A stretch of DNA of 18,937 nt from a virus (Duplodnaviria; Heunggongvirae; Uroviricota; Caudoviricetes): positions 1 to 18,937 of IMG/VR virus record IMGVR_UViG_2547132278_000005; one strand, 5' to 3'. The notes below the pieces were generated by a model. That model saw only the letters and a program-made list of their open reading frames with translations. It made no database searches and was not told where the DNA came from. The translations under genes were made by a program, and so were the position numbers. Below are positions 7,877 through 15,306 of the stretch, in pieces. Each line of letters opens with the position of its first letter. Position 1 is the stretch's first letter.

Positions 7877-8604
7877 TATCGTTTCGCTTTGTGCTCGTCC
7901 CAGCACGTTTTGCACCATGCCATTAAGCCATCCGCATTTTGATTATTAGGGTAAAAGCTTGTTCGTTTTCTGCGGACATTACAAATTGGGCACCACTTCA
8001 TATGGCGTGTATTCTTTGGGCCATCGAGACACCTTGCACACCACTTAGTCAATCCATCTGGATTTTTTGACGATTTCCTGAATTTTTCATATGGTAGGTT
8101 TATTCTGCATCGCAAGCACTGCTTGCTACCACTTGAAACTCTGTTAGCTGATTCTTCTTTTGGCGGCGATACAGAAGGTATTCTTGCTGGCTCTGATACT
8201 GCCTGAGGTGCTTTTTTAGATGACTGAGACGATATGTCATCACCAGGGAATCTTCCATGATATGCCGGACGCGTTGACACTCCAGGTGGAAGCTCAGCTG
8301 TAAACGGCTTTGGCTGAATCAGTTGCCTCTCTTTTGCTAACTCCTGCTGTTTATAATATGTCTGGATTACCGCACTATCATAAGCAGGAGGTGCGGAAAT
8401 ATTAGGCGCATTACCTCCAGTTTTTTGAAACTGAGTAGAGGTGTGTTCTATCACCTGTGTACGATTAATCGTTATCTCCCCATCTTCGGTCTTTATCGTT
8501 TTGTTATGATTAACGACCGTACGATCAGAGATCTTAGTCTTGTTCTGGTTGATAACGTAAATAATCACCGCAACCACACCAACAACTATCCAGAAAACTT
8601 CCAT
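7876..8604 (-). CDS. Membrane-anchored protein with two tandem C-x2-C-x20-C-x2-C zinc-ribbon repeats
   Basis: N-terminal TM helix (FWIVVGVVAVIIYVI), Pro/Ser-rich linker, then CLRCRINLPYEKFRKSSKNPDGLTKWCARC and CPICNVRRKRTSFYPNNQNADGLMAWCKTC (shared N.DGL..WC..C); SD GAGGA. Confidence 0.75.
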   Translation of the reverse strand: MEVFWIVVGVVAVIIYVINQNKTKISDRTVVNHNKTIKTEDGEITINRTQVIEHTSTQFQKTGGNAPNISAPPAYDSAVIQTYYKQQELAKERQLIQPKPFTAELPPGVSTRPAYHGRFPGDDISSQSSKKAPQAVSEPARIPSVSPPKEESANRVSSGSKQCLRCRINLPYEKFRKSSKNPDGLTKWCARCLDGPKNTRHMKWCPICNVRRKRTSFYPNNQNADGLMAWCKTCWDEHKAKR

Positions 8605-8623
8605 TGCTTTTCCTCACAATAAC

Positions 8624-8640
8624 ATTACCTTAAAGGTAAT
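8624..8640. promoter_or_regulatory. Operator-like palindrome ATTACC-ttaaa-GGTAAT (copy 2 of 4)
   Basis: Perfect palindrome about 20 bp upstream of the start codon of the 7876-8604 gene, abutting its SD. Confidence 0.5.
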
Positions 8641-8716
8641 ATCTTGCTTTCAGGTGATCAAGCGTTAAACGCAATCAACCAAATACGGTTGATTTTAATA
8701 TTTCTTCGCGTTTATC

Positions 8717-8733
8717 ATTACCTTTGCGGTAAA
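8717..8733. promoter_or_regulatory. Operator-like palindrome ATTACC-tttgc-GGTAAa (copy 3 of 4)
   Basis: Same arms and spacing as the other copies; lies at the head of the structured leader upstream of the AntA-like gene. Confidence 0.5.
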
Positions 8734-8767
8734 TTTACATTGCACTCCTCTTGTGCCATAGTAATCG

Positions 8768-8845
8768 GGCACTGGCAAAATCCAGTGCCGGGATTGGTCT
8801 CCCGGATTACTAAGTGGCGCATACCACGCCAGACGTGGTTTTTTT
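8768..8845 (+). other. Structured non-coding leader: two GC hairpins followed by a terminator-like hairpin with T-run (possible attenuator or small RNA)
   Basis: GGCACTGG-caaaat-CCAGTGCC (8768-8789); CCGGGA-ttggtc-TCCCGG (8788-8805); CCACG-ccaga-CGTGG-TTTTTTT (8824-8845). No credible ORF or RBS in this stretch. Confidence 0.3.
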
Positions 8846-9003
8846 ATGCGTATAGCACAGTCATGCCAGAATTATGGTGGGCTGAATGGGGGTCCGAAAG
8901 GACGCCGGTACCACTTAGGCCGGTAAGACCAACTCCGTTCAGTTCACCACCATCTGATTGGTCTCAGCGGTGGTGATGTAATTCGCTAAGTGGAGACGCC
9001 ATC

Positions 9004-9660
9004 ATGAACGCTCAACTCATCCCCGTATTCAACGGCACTATATCTAACGAAACAGCCCTACTTTGTAATGCCCGCGATCTGCACGCTTTTTTAGGTGTTA
9101 AAAAGGTGTTTGCAGCATGGATTACAAATCGCATATCAGAATACGAATTCATTGAAAATCAAGACTATATTTTGCTTTCCAATTTGGGAAAGCAAACATC
9201 TGGTAGAGGCGGCCACAACCGCAAAGAGTACCACCTCACCCTTGATACAGCCAAAGAGCTGGCGATGGTCGAGCGTAACGAAAAAGGTCGCCAGGTGCGA
9301 CGCTACTTCATTGAATGCGAGAAACGTTTAAGACAACAAGAAACAAAAGTGGAGAAGGTCTTGTCAGGCTTCATGCCCGCCATTATGGAGGCGATCAAGC
9401 TGGAAGACAAAAAAGAATACAGCGCCCCACTGAAGCCCGGCTACCGTAGCCTGATTCATTCGCCGTCTGGTGTTCTCGGCCTGACGGAGAACTCACTGCT
9501 GATGAATTTGCTGAACCAGTTACAGGAAGACGGGCACGACGTATCGGGCGCGGCGGCGGAACTGACCACCATGTTCTGCTACATCGTCGGTGTGAGCAAA
9601 TGCCTGCGTGATATCCAGACCCACGCGGAGTACATCAACGACAAGGCAGGGTTCTTCTGA
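9004..9660 (+). CDS. AntA-family phage antirepressor-like protein (N-terminal AntA domain plus C-terminal domain shared with the 7596-7853 protein)
   Basis: N-terminus LIPVFNG...[33 protein letters not shown]...[14 protein letters not shown]...[11 protein letters not shown] matches the AntA/AntB antirepressor family pattern; SD GGAG. Confidence 0.8.
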   Translation: MNAQLIPVFNGTISNETALLCNARDLHAFLGVKKVFAAWITNRISEYEFIENQDYILLSNLGKQTSGRGGHNRKEYHLTLDTAKELAMVERNEKGRQVRRYFIECEKRLRQQETKVEKVLSGFMPAIMEAIKLEDKKEYSAPLKPGYRSLIHSPSGVLGLTENSLLMNLLNQLQEDGHDVSGAAAELTTMFCYIVGVSKCLRDIQTHAEYINDKAGFF

Positions 9661-9724
9661 CAGAACGGCGGCACAGGGATGTGCCTTTAAATAATTCTGT
9701 ACGATTGCAGGTGAATAGCTTACT

Positions 9725-9741
9725 ATTACCTCAAGGGTAAG
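9725..9741. promoter_or_regulatory. Operator-like palindrome ATTACC-tcaag-GGTAAg (copy 4 of 4)
   Basis: Same arms and spacing; about 60 bp upstream of the 9800 start codon and downstream of a weak hairpin terminator (9670-9696). Confidence 0.5.
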
Positions 9742-9799
9742 AAAGCATTTTTAATCTTCCCTTCAAAACGCGTCCTGTAGCCAAACATGGGAGGACGAA

Positions 9800-10432
9800 A
9801 TGAGAACAAATACAACAAGAAAAGCGATGCCATACATTATCCCAGAAGCAGATTTCGATAGAAAACTGAACATGTCTGAGAAGAACACTAGTCACACCGA
9901 AAGCTACTTAGCGAAAGGTGTGGTTGATTTCGTTCTTCCGGGATTCACAACACCTTATGGTTATCGCCTTGTAAAATCTTGTAATGGCGATCATTACAGA
10001 ATGATTACTACCAGCGATACTCCAGAAACGGTGTATGCGGTTAAGTTAATCTTTCGGGAAGATATCGTCGAAGCCAAAAGAACATGTACGCAGATCATGG
10101 TATGGCGTACGCCTAATGTTATTCATGACCGTGCTGTTCATGGTTTGCCTCAGATTTTTTTTCAGTTCTTCCTAGAGCAATATGCGATCGTTGTATCTGA
10201 TGAGCAACAAACAATCGATGGGAGAAGATTCTGGGAAAGAATGATTTCTTGGGCTATAAACACCCCGGGATATAATGTATACGTTTCAGATGGCTCTGAA
10301 GAAGATAGACCTCTTAGCTTCATGACATCATGGGATGATTTCTATAGCCAGTGGGCTGATTTCTGTTGGGGCAGTGATAAAGATGTGCATACCCACAGAC
10401 TACTGGTTATAAGCAAAGATAAACTGCATTAA
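9800..10432 (+). CDS. Hypothetical protein (210 aa), unassigned accessory-island gene
   Basis: Strong SD GGGAGGA; soluble, Trp/Asp-rich, no recognised motif; followed immediately by a strong terminator. Confidence 0.75.
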   Translation: MRTNTTRKAMPYIIPEADFDRKLNMSEKNTSHTESYLAKGVVDFVLPGFTTPYGYRLVKSCNGDHYRMITTSDTPETVYAVKLIFREDIVEAKRTCTQIMVWRTPNVIHDRAVHGLPQIFFQFFLEQYAIVVSDEQQTIDGRRFWERMISWAINTPGYNVYVSDGSEEDRPLSFMTSWDDFYSQWADFCWGSDKDVHTHRLLVISKDKLH

Positions 10433-10437
10433 TAGAA

Positions 10438-10458
10438 GCCCGCGCCGCGGGCTTTTTT
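10438..10458 (+). terminator. Rho-independent terminator
   Basis: GCCCG-cgccg-CGGGC followed by TTTTTT, 6 bp after the stop codon at 10430-10432. Confidence 0.8.
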
Positions 10459-10495
10459 GTGTCTGCGGATTCCCGCCCGGGCGGCGGTGGCATTC

Positions 10496-10522
10496 GTTAA
10501 AAACAAGGCCGCGAAAGCGGCC
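10496..10522 (-). terminator. Rho-independent terminator for the minus-strand membrane-protein gene
   Basis: On the minus strand GGCCGC-tttc-GCGGCC is followed by TTGTTTTTAA; lies just downstream of the stop at 10532. Confidence 0.6.
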
Positions 10523-10531
10523 TGTGACATG

Positions 10532-10828
10532 TCACGCTCTTTTTCTGAATGATAGCCATTCGAAAAATGATGACATTCCACCGCAGACAATAGCAAATAT
10601 GATCCCACCAAAGAAGAGAAGGCCAGCCTGCCACCACTCCCACCGCCATACATCCACAGCGCCAACCATACCAACAATCGCTCCAACAAATGGAATATAG
10701 CTCACGATGAAAGCAATGGGGGCTGCAATTATCCAGTGCAATCCCCACCATGATTCAAGCCCAGCCATAATTGCTGCCAACTGAAAAAGACCAACGACGA
10801 TATAAACAATGAATCCTATAGCTTGCAT
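10532..10828 (-). CDS. Small polytopic membrane protein (98 aa), candidate superinfection-exclusion-type protein
   Basis: SD AGGTGA; 3-4 hydrophobic helices, Trp-rich loop (VWRWEWWQAG); sits directly after the ejection-protein genes, the position sieA occupies in P22. Confidence 0.7.
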   Translation of the reverse strand: MQAIGFIVYIVVGLFQLAAIMAGLESWWGLHWIIAAPIAFIVSYIPFVGAIVGMVGAVDVWRWEWWQAGLLFFGGIIFAIVCGGMSSFFEWLSFRKRA

Positions 10829-10840
10829 GTAGTCACCTAT

Positions 10841-10993
10841 TTACCCAGTAAAAATCAGAGGCCTCCCCTCAATAAGGCTTGCAACAAGAACTATTCCCTG
10901 CACAACAAAGATGAACCAGCAAATAGCTTGAGTCTGAGGGTTAAGAAAATATTTGTAGCGGTCAATAAATAACAACCCACCAGAAATTATCAC
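10841..10993 (-). CDS. Possible small hydrophobic peptide (50 aa, GTG start); speculative
   Basis: Hand-translated minus-strand ORF (V/M)IISGGLLFIDRYKYFLNPQTQAICWFIFVVQGIVLVASLIEGRPLIFTG; no clear SD. Confidence 0.2.
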   Translation of the reverse strand: MIISGGLLFIDRYKYFLNPQTQAICWFIFVVQGIVLVASLIEGRPLIFTG

Positions 10994-11023
10994 ACTCAAA
11001 ATAATTAAAAACACAACACTTCC

Positions 11024-13498
11024 TTATTGCGGAGTGACATCCTGAGGTCGCCACCAGTATGTCTGGTTAAACTCTTTCTTCGAACGTTGCTCCATTTTAC
11101 GCAAATAGCCTGGTGAAAAATACTCCTGCATCTGGTTAAAGATCATATGATCGAGAGCCGCCTTTAAGTACCAGAGATTCGCACCTGGCATCAAACCTTT
11201 CCCCAGCTTCACCAGATCACCACCAGTCTGCTCACTCTTCCCTTCCACAGCATTTAACGGTATGCCCTGAGCAATCTTCACTACGTCATCAACCAGACCA
11301 GCTACCGGGCCAAGCATCGACGCCAGCGCGCCGCTTCCGTACCTAGTGTGATCTGACAATAAAAAGTCACCGTAAAGGCCAAGACCACCACCTTTCAGTA
11401 GAGCACCAAGCCAAAATTTAGCAGCATCTTCTCCTGTCATCTCGCGAGGATTACGACCAGACGCAAGGTCGTTAAGTTGCTGCGACAAAGCGCCAAGAAT
11501 GGTCGTACTGGCAATAAACGTCGCAATATATGCCGCACGCCCACCAGCAGACGGCATACCCATAGCGCGTGACCAGTGACGCATAACCACCGAGATAGGG
11601 AACGATTTAAACAGGAAAACACTTCTCGTTAATTCACCTTTCCATGTTCCACGCTGAATACCAGAACCGGTTATCAGTTGCTCACGTGCTCCCGGTGTAA
11701 TAACAGCCATATCAACTTCTTCAGTTACGGCACCGAGCAGTTTACGCATTGCCTCAAATTTCACGCGTTCAGGCTCACCAAGATGTTTAACTGCTGAATC
11801 AGGGATACGCATAATGCTTTCCGGTGTCAGCATCGTATTATTGCCGTTCCCCCAGTCCTCCTGTTGCGCCAGCTTCCATACGCTCCAGTCTGTGTCAGTA
11901 ATCCCTTTGCTTTTCAGGATACGAAAATCAGAATCATCGAGGCTACGAAGGTCTGGTGTCCGTGACACTACTTCTCCCAGGCTTCCCATCATGGTTACGC
12001 CATAGGCGCGCTTGTGCGCATCTGACCATGCTGTAAGCCCACTGGCACGCATTACCGCCGTTGCCGCCCAACGAGACACAGACGGCCCCATATTATCCAT
12101 CGCCCAGCGGTTAACGCTGCCAAGTAGAGATTCCATCGCCAGGCCAGCGCGGCGCGCCCGCGCAAGCTCAGTACGGTTCGTTGGGTCCATAGCTTCAAGC
12201 TGGTTGCGAAATAACTGGTTCATTGGAAGGTTGGTAACCTTCGCAGACAGATACATGGTTCCAAGATCAGAGAACGATGACAGCAACGCGGATCCGAGTC
12301 TGCTGGCAACCAGCCAGTTGCGGATATTGTCAGACCATCGCGCGATGTGCGGATTCGCTACAGGCTGTGTTTTTCCGGAAATAAAGTTGTACAAGTTCTC
12401 TGTTTTGTTCGCCAGACGCTCGACGCTACCGGTTTTACTCGGGTTAGCTGTTGCCGTTTCTGCCTTAACCTGATCAAGAAGGGAGCGGAAAACATGATCG
12501 GGGTTTGGACCATATGTTTCCACCAGAGCAATATCTTTACTGATACCTTCCAGGTGACCGACCATGATTTCCCATAGAGAGCGATCACCATAAAGTTGTT
12601 GATATTGGAGATAGGAATCTGCATCTTTGAAATGTATCTGTCGTGATGCATTACCACGGTTAGCACGTGCGCCGGAAATTCGCATTCCGGTATCAGTAAG
12701 CTTATTCAGCCCACCAGTAGCGATCGTGTTATAAGCCTCTCCAAGAAATGCAGACAACTCGGCATCGTTCATCAGTTGTCCATCGGCTCGGGTATAATAT
12801 TTGCGATCCAGCTTACCTATAACATCGCCAACCCACTTATCCTTTGATACCGCCCCAACCTTTTCCATAGAATGATGTTGAGGGATCCCCCAGTTTTCGA
12901 GATAGCCAATGTCCCCACCAGCATCATTAAACCGGCGGCGCAGCAGCTCTGTAACTTCTCTCCACGCCTTAGCACCTTTTCTTGCTTTAGCATTGCCAGT
13001 ATTTTGCCCCCGCATTTCATATACCAGGTCACGTACGCCCGCTTCATCTTCAAACAGACCAAAAAAGCGAGGATCAACTGCTTCGAATGCCTCCTGCAAT
13101 TGACTCAATGCATAATCACGGGTGGCTTTTGTTCTGGATTCAACAGAGAGGAAATTAGATTTACCGTCTGCATTAAAAGCTATAGTACGGTTAAGAGCGC
13201 CAAGTTTCCCATCAGCCCCTTGATAGCTATTGATAAATTTATCCAATCTCTGACGCGCGGCTATAGTGAGAGCCACACGACGTTTCTTTAATGCCGCTTC
13301 TCGCTGTAATTCTTCAGATGCCAATTGTGCTGCTCGATATAGCCGCTCTGATTCGGAAAGTTGTCTCCACGACATCGGGTCATCACGAGCAATGGAGCGC
13401 ATATTTCGATAAATGCGGTCTTCAATGTTCTGTATTTCTCGCGCCGTTAACGTGCGCTGCGCCGCCTGCTGGACCGCTTGTATACATTCCTGTCTCAT
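11024..13498 (-). CDS. Large virion internal/ejection-type protein (824 aa), last gene of the structural operon
   Basis: Long intact ORF with SD GAGG, 5 nt after the upstream gene stop; size, composition and position are typical of podovirus internal/DNA-ejection proteins. Family not recognised. Confidence 0.8.
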   Translation of the reverse strand: MRQECIQAVQQAAQRTLTAREIQNIEDRIYRNMRSIARDDPMSWRQLSESERLYRAAQLASEELQREAALKKRRVALTIAARQRLDKFINSYQGADGKLGALNRTIAFNADGKSNFLSVESRTKATRDYALSQLQEAFEAVDPRFFGLFEDEAGVRDLVYEMRGQNTGNAKARKGAKAWREVTELLRRRFNDAGGDIGYLENWGIPQHHSMEKVGAVSKDKWVGDVIGKLDRKYYTRADGQLMNDAELSAFLGEAYNTIATGGLNKLTDTGMRISGARANRGNASRQIHFKDADSYLQYQQLYGDRSLWEIMVGHLEGISKDIALVETYGPNPDHVFRSLLDQVKAETATANPSKTGSVERLANKTENLYNFISGKTQPVANPHIARWSDNIRNWLVASRLGSALLSSFSDLGTMYLSAKVTNLPMNQLFRNQLEAMDPTNRTELARARRAGLAMESLLGSVNRWAMDNMGPSVSRWAATAVMRASGLTAWSDAHKRAYGVTMMGSLGEVVSRTPDLRSLDDSDFRILKSKGITDTDWSVWKLAQQEDWGNGNNTMLTPESIMRIPDSAVKHLGEPERVKFEAMRKLLGAVTEEVDMAVITPGAREQLITGSGIQRGTWKGELTRSVFLFKSFPISVVMRHWSRAMGMPSAGGRAAYIATFIASTTILGALSQQLNDLASGRNPREMTGEDAAKFWLGALLKGGGLGLYGDFLLSDHTRYGSGALASMLGPVAGLVDDVVKIAQGIPLNAVEGKSEQTGGDLVKLGKGLMPGANLWYLKAALDHMIFNQMQEYFSPGYLRKMEQRSKKEFNQTYWWRPQDVTPQ

Positions 13499-13503
13499 TT
13501 AAT

Positions 13504-15306
13504 TTAACCTCTCAAGAAACACGCCACAGCGACATCAAACAGGCTGGAATCCTGTATTGCCTGCTCACTTTCCCTGTTCGCTTCATCCAGTACTTCACGC
13601 GCGCTGCGCGATTGTGGATTACCATCATCATCCAGCACGGTGATTATCATGTCCGGATATTCAAGCAGCGAGTCTTCAGCTATACGCAGATCAATATCTC
13701 CTGCCGGATCTGCCATCATTTTTTGTTCTGTCTGTTGCAATATCTTACCGGGCTCAAAAGGAGCTACTTCGTCTGGCGTCCTGACCTCTGCTGTTTTATA
13801 GAATGAAACAGCCTGAGCATTAAGTTCACTTTCTGCCTGCTGTCTCCGAGCCAGTTCTGCTCGAGCTTCAAAAAACTGACCGCCAGGCTCATGCGGTGCC
13901 AACGCGTTACGGGAAAATTCCAGGCGTTCTTGTGCCTGCCGGATTCGTTGGTCAATATCCCGAAGTCTGGCCTGTTTATCTGATCGAGCACGAGACAAAG
14001 CTTTACCGCTACCGGTTGGCTCTTCTGCAAGAATTTGTGCGCGCTGTTCAGTGAGATTTTCAATAATTCGTTGGCTATTAGCGATTTCAGACTGGTAAAC
14101 CTGTCTATCGCCACGAGGCAAAAGCTGCGCAGCCTGTTCTTCAAGCAACCGATTTTCGATAGCGCGCGCCGTTACTCCATCATCTACAGATGACAGAGCC
14201 TCATTAACTGCCTGAGACAGCAGATTCTTGCGCCCAGGAATTTCACTGAAAGATGCAGACTCAACAATGCTGGCTACGTCTACAGGTCTCCCCTGGCTAA
14301 CATCAGACATGGTTTTTCGCAGAGCCTGAATGTGCGAATTACGCGAAAGCACGTTGATCGGCACGCCGGGAGCAATATCAATTTCAGCATGATGAGCGGC
14401 ATTCGCCGCCAGTGCAGCATCGACATCAACTGGTGAAAAATTTGGTGCGCTTGTAGACTCGCCGCGAGAGTTAATAAATCTGCCGACACCACCAAACGCC
14501 ACCCCAAGAACAGCATCAATAGCAATTGCCTGTCGATCCAACACATCATACTGGTTAGCCATTTCGCTATAGCCACCATCACGAAGCGTTTTTGCAGTAA
14601 GCCCACGCTGTGCCATACCGAACGCAATATTTGTACCTGCGGCATAGGCAATATCTGGCGTTGCACGTACTGCTGTTGCTGCGGCGCGTCGCACTGAACT
14701 TTCACCCGTCCGCGCAAGCTGAGCCGCCACACCTTCCGCCAGCGCACCACCAGCACGTAACCCGAGGCTCATAGGGATCAGTGTTCCGGCACCAGCAGTA
14801 ATACCCTGCACTAATCCCGCTTCCTGCGCCGTCCTGAAATCAACACCCTGTGCTGTCAGCCGTTCAAACTCAGAAAAACCCTGTAGAGAAGTTACCGCCG
14901 CAGCACCTCCGACCGGACCACCGAGTGTTGTACCGACAACAGCCTGCCCGCCCATATCGAACAACCCATAAAGAACCTGCCCGGCGGTTCCGGTTGTCGC
15001 GGCATCAGGCGTCAGCCGCTTAACCTGCTGCTCTGCTAGTTTTCTCTGCTCGGCAATGTATGAAACTGAAGTGTCATTGAGCGAGGTGTTTTCGTTAACA
15101 AACTGAGCAATCGGGGATACGATTTTATCCATCCCTGCCCATAGCAACTGATCTGGCTTTGCCACCAGCCCGGAGTACAAACCAGACAATGCCGCTCCTA
15201 CAGCATTGTCGAAAAAACCAACATCGCTGTTAAAGCCCGCTGGATTTGATGCTGCTTCGTCAAGCTGCTGATTCTGGTTTACTGGATTAAGGCCAAAGTA
15301 ACTCAT
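13504..15306 (-). CDS. Virion internal/ejection-type protein (600 aa), Ala/Gly-rich
   Basis: ATGA start/stop overlap with the upstream gene at 15303-15306; Ala/Gly-rich low-complexity N-terminal half. Confidence 0.8.
   Translation of the reverse strand: MSYFGLNPVNQNQQLDEAASNPAGFNSDVGFFDNAVGAALSGLYSGLVAKPDQLLWAGMDKIVSPIAQFVNENTSLNDTSVSYIAEQRKLAEQQVKRLTPDAATTGTAGQVLYGLFDMGGQAVVGTTLGGPVGGAAAVTSLQGFSEFERLTAQGVDFRTAQEAGLVQGITAGAGTLIPMSLGLRAGGALAEGVAAQLARTGESSVRRAAATAVRATPDIAYAAGTNIAFGMAQRGLTAKTLRDGGYSEMANQYDVLDRQAIAIDAVLGVAFGGVGRFINSRGESTSAPNFSPVDVDAALAANAAHHAEIDIAPGVPINVLSRNSHIQALRKTMSDVSQGRPVDVASIVESASFSEIPGRKNLLSQAVNEALSSVDDGVTARAIENRLLEEQAAQLLPRGDRQVYQSEIANSQRIIENLTEQRAQILAEEPTGSGKALSRARSDKQARLRDIDQRIRQAQERLEFSRNALAPHEPGGQFFEARAELARRQQAESELNAQAVSFYKTAEVRTPDEVAPFEPGKILQQTEQKMMADPAGDIDLRIAEDSLLEYPDMIITVLDDDGNPQSRSAREVLDEANRESEQAIQDSSLFDVAVACFLRG

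Noticed and set aside
8644-8976. 110-aa plus-strand ORF in the intergenic region upstream of the antirepressor gene
   Set aside because: No RBS; the sequence is made up of GC hairpins and repeated motifs, and the translation is Trp/Pro/Arg-rich low-complexity text. Interpreted as structured non-coding leader.
8760-8980. Possible tRNA or tmRNA-like element suggested by the clustered hairpins
   Set aside because: No cloverleaf can be drawn: no GTTC-type T-loop, and no acceptor stem or CCA context. Retained only as a structured leader or small-RNA candidate.
9095-9331. 78-aa plus-strand ORF inside the AntA-like gene
   Set aside because: Out-of-frame overlap with a gene supported by family motifs.
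10429-10751. Minus-strand ORFs 10429-10689 and 10497-10751 overlapping the 98-aa membrane-protein gene and the terminators
   Set aside because: Alternate frames of the 10532-10828 gene that run through the terminator hairpins; the 98-aa frame has an SD and a coherent TM pattern.
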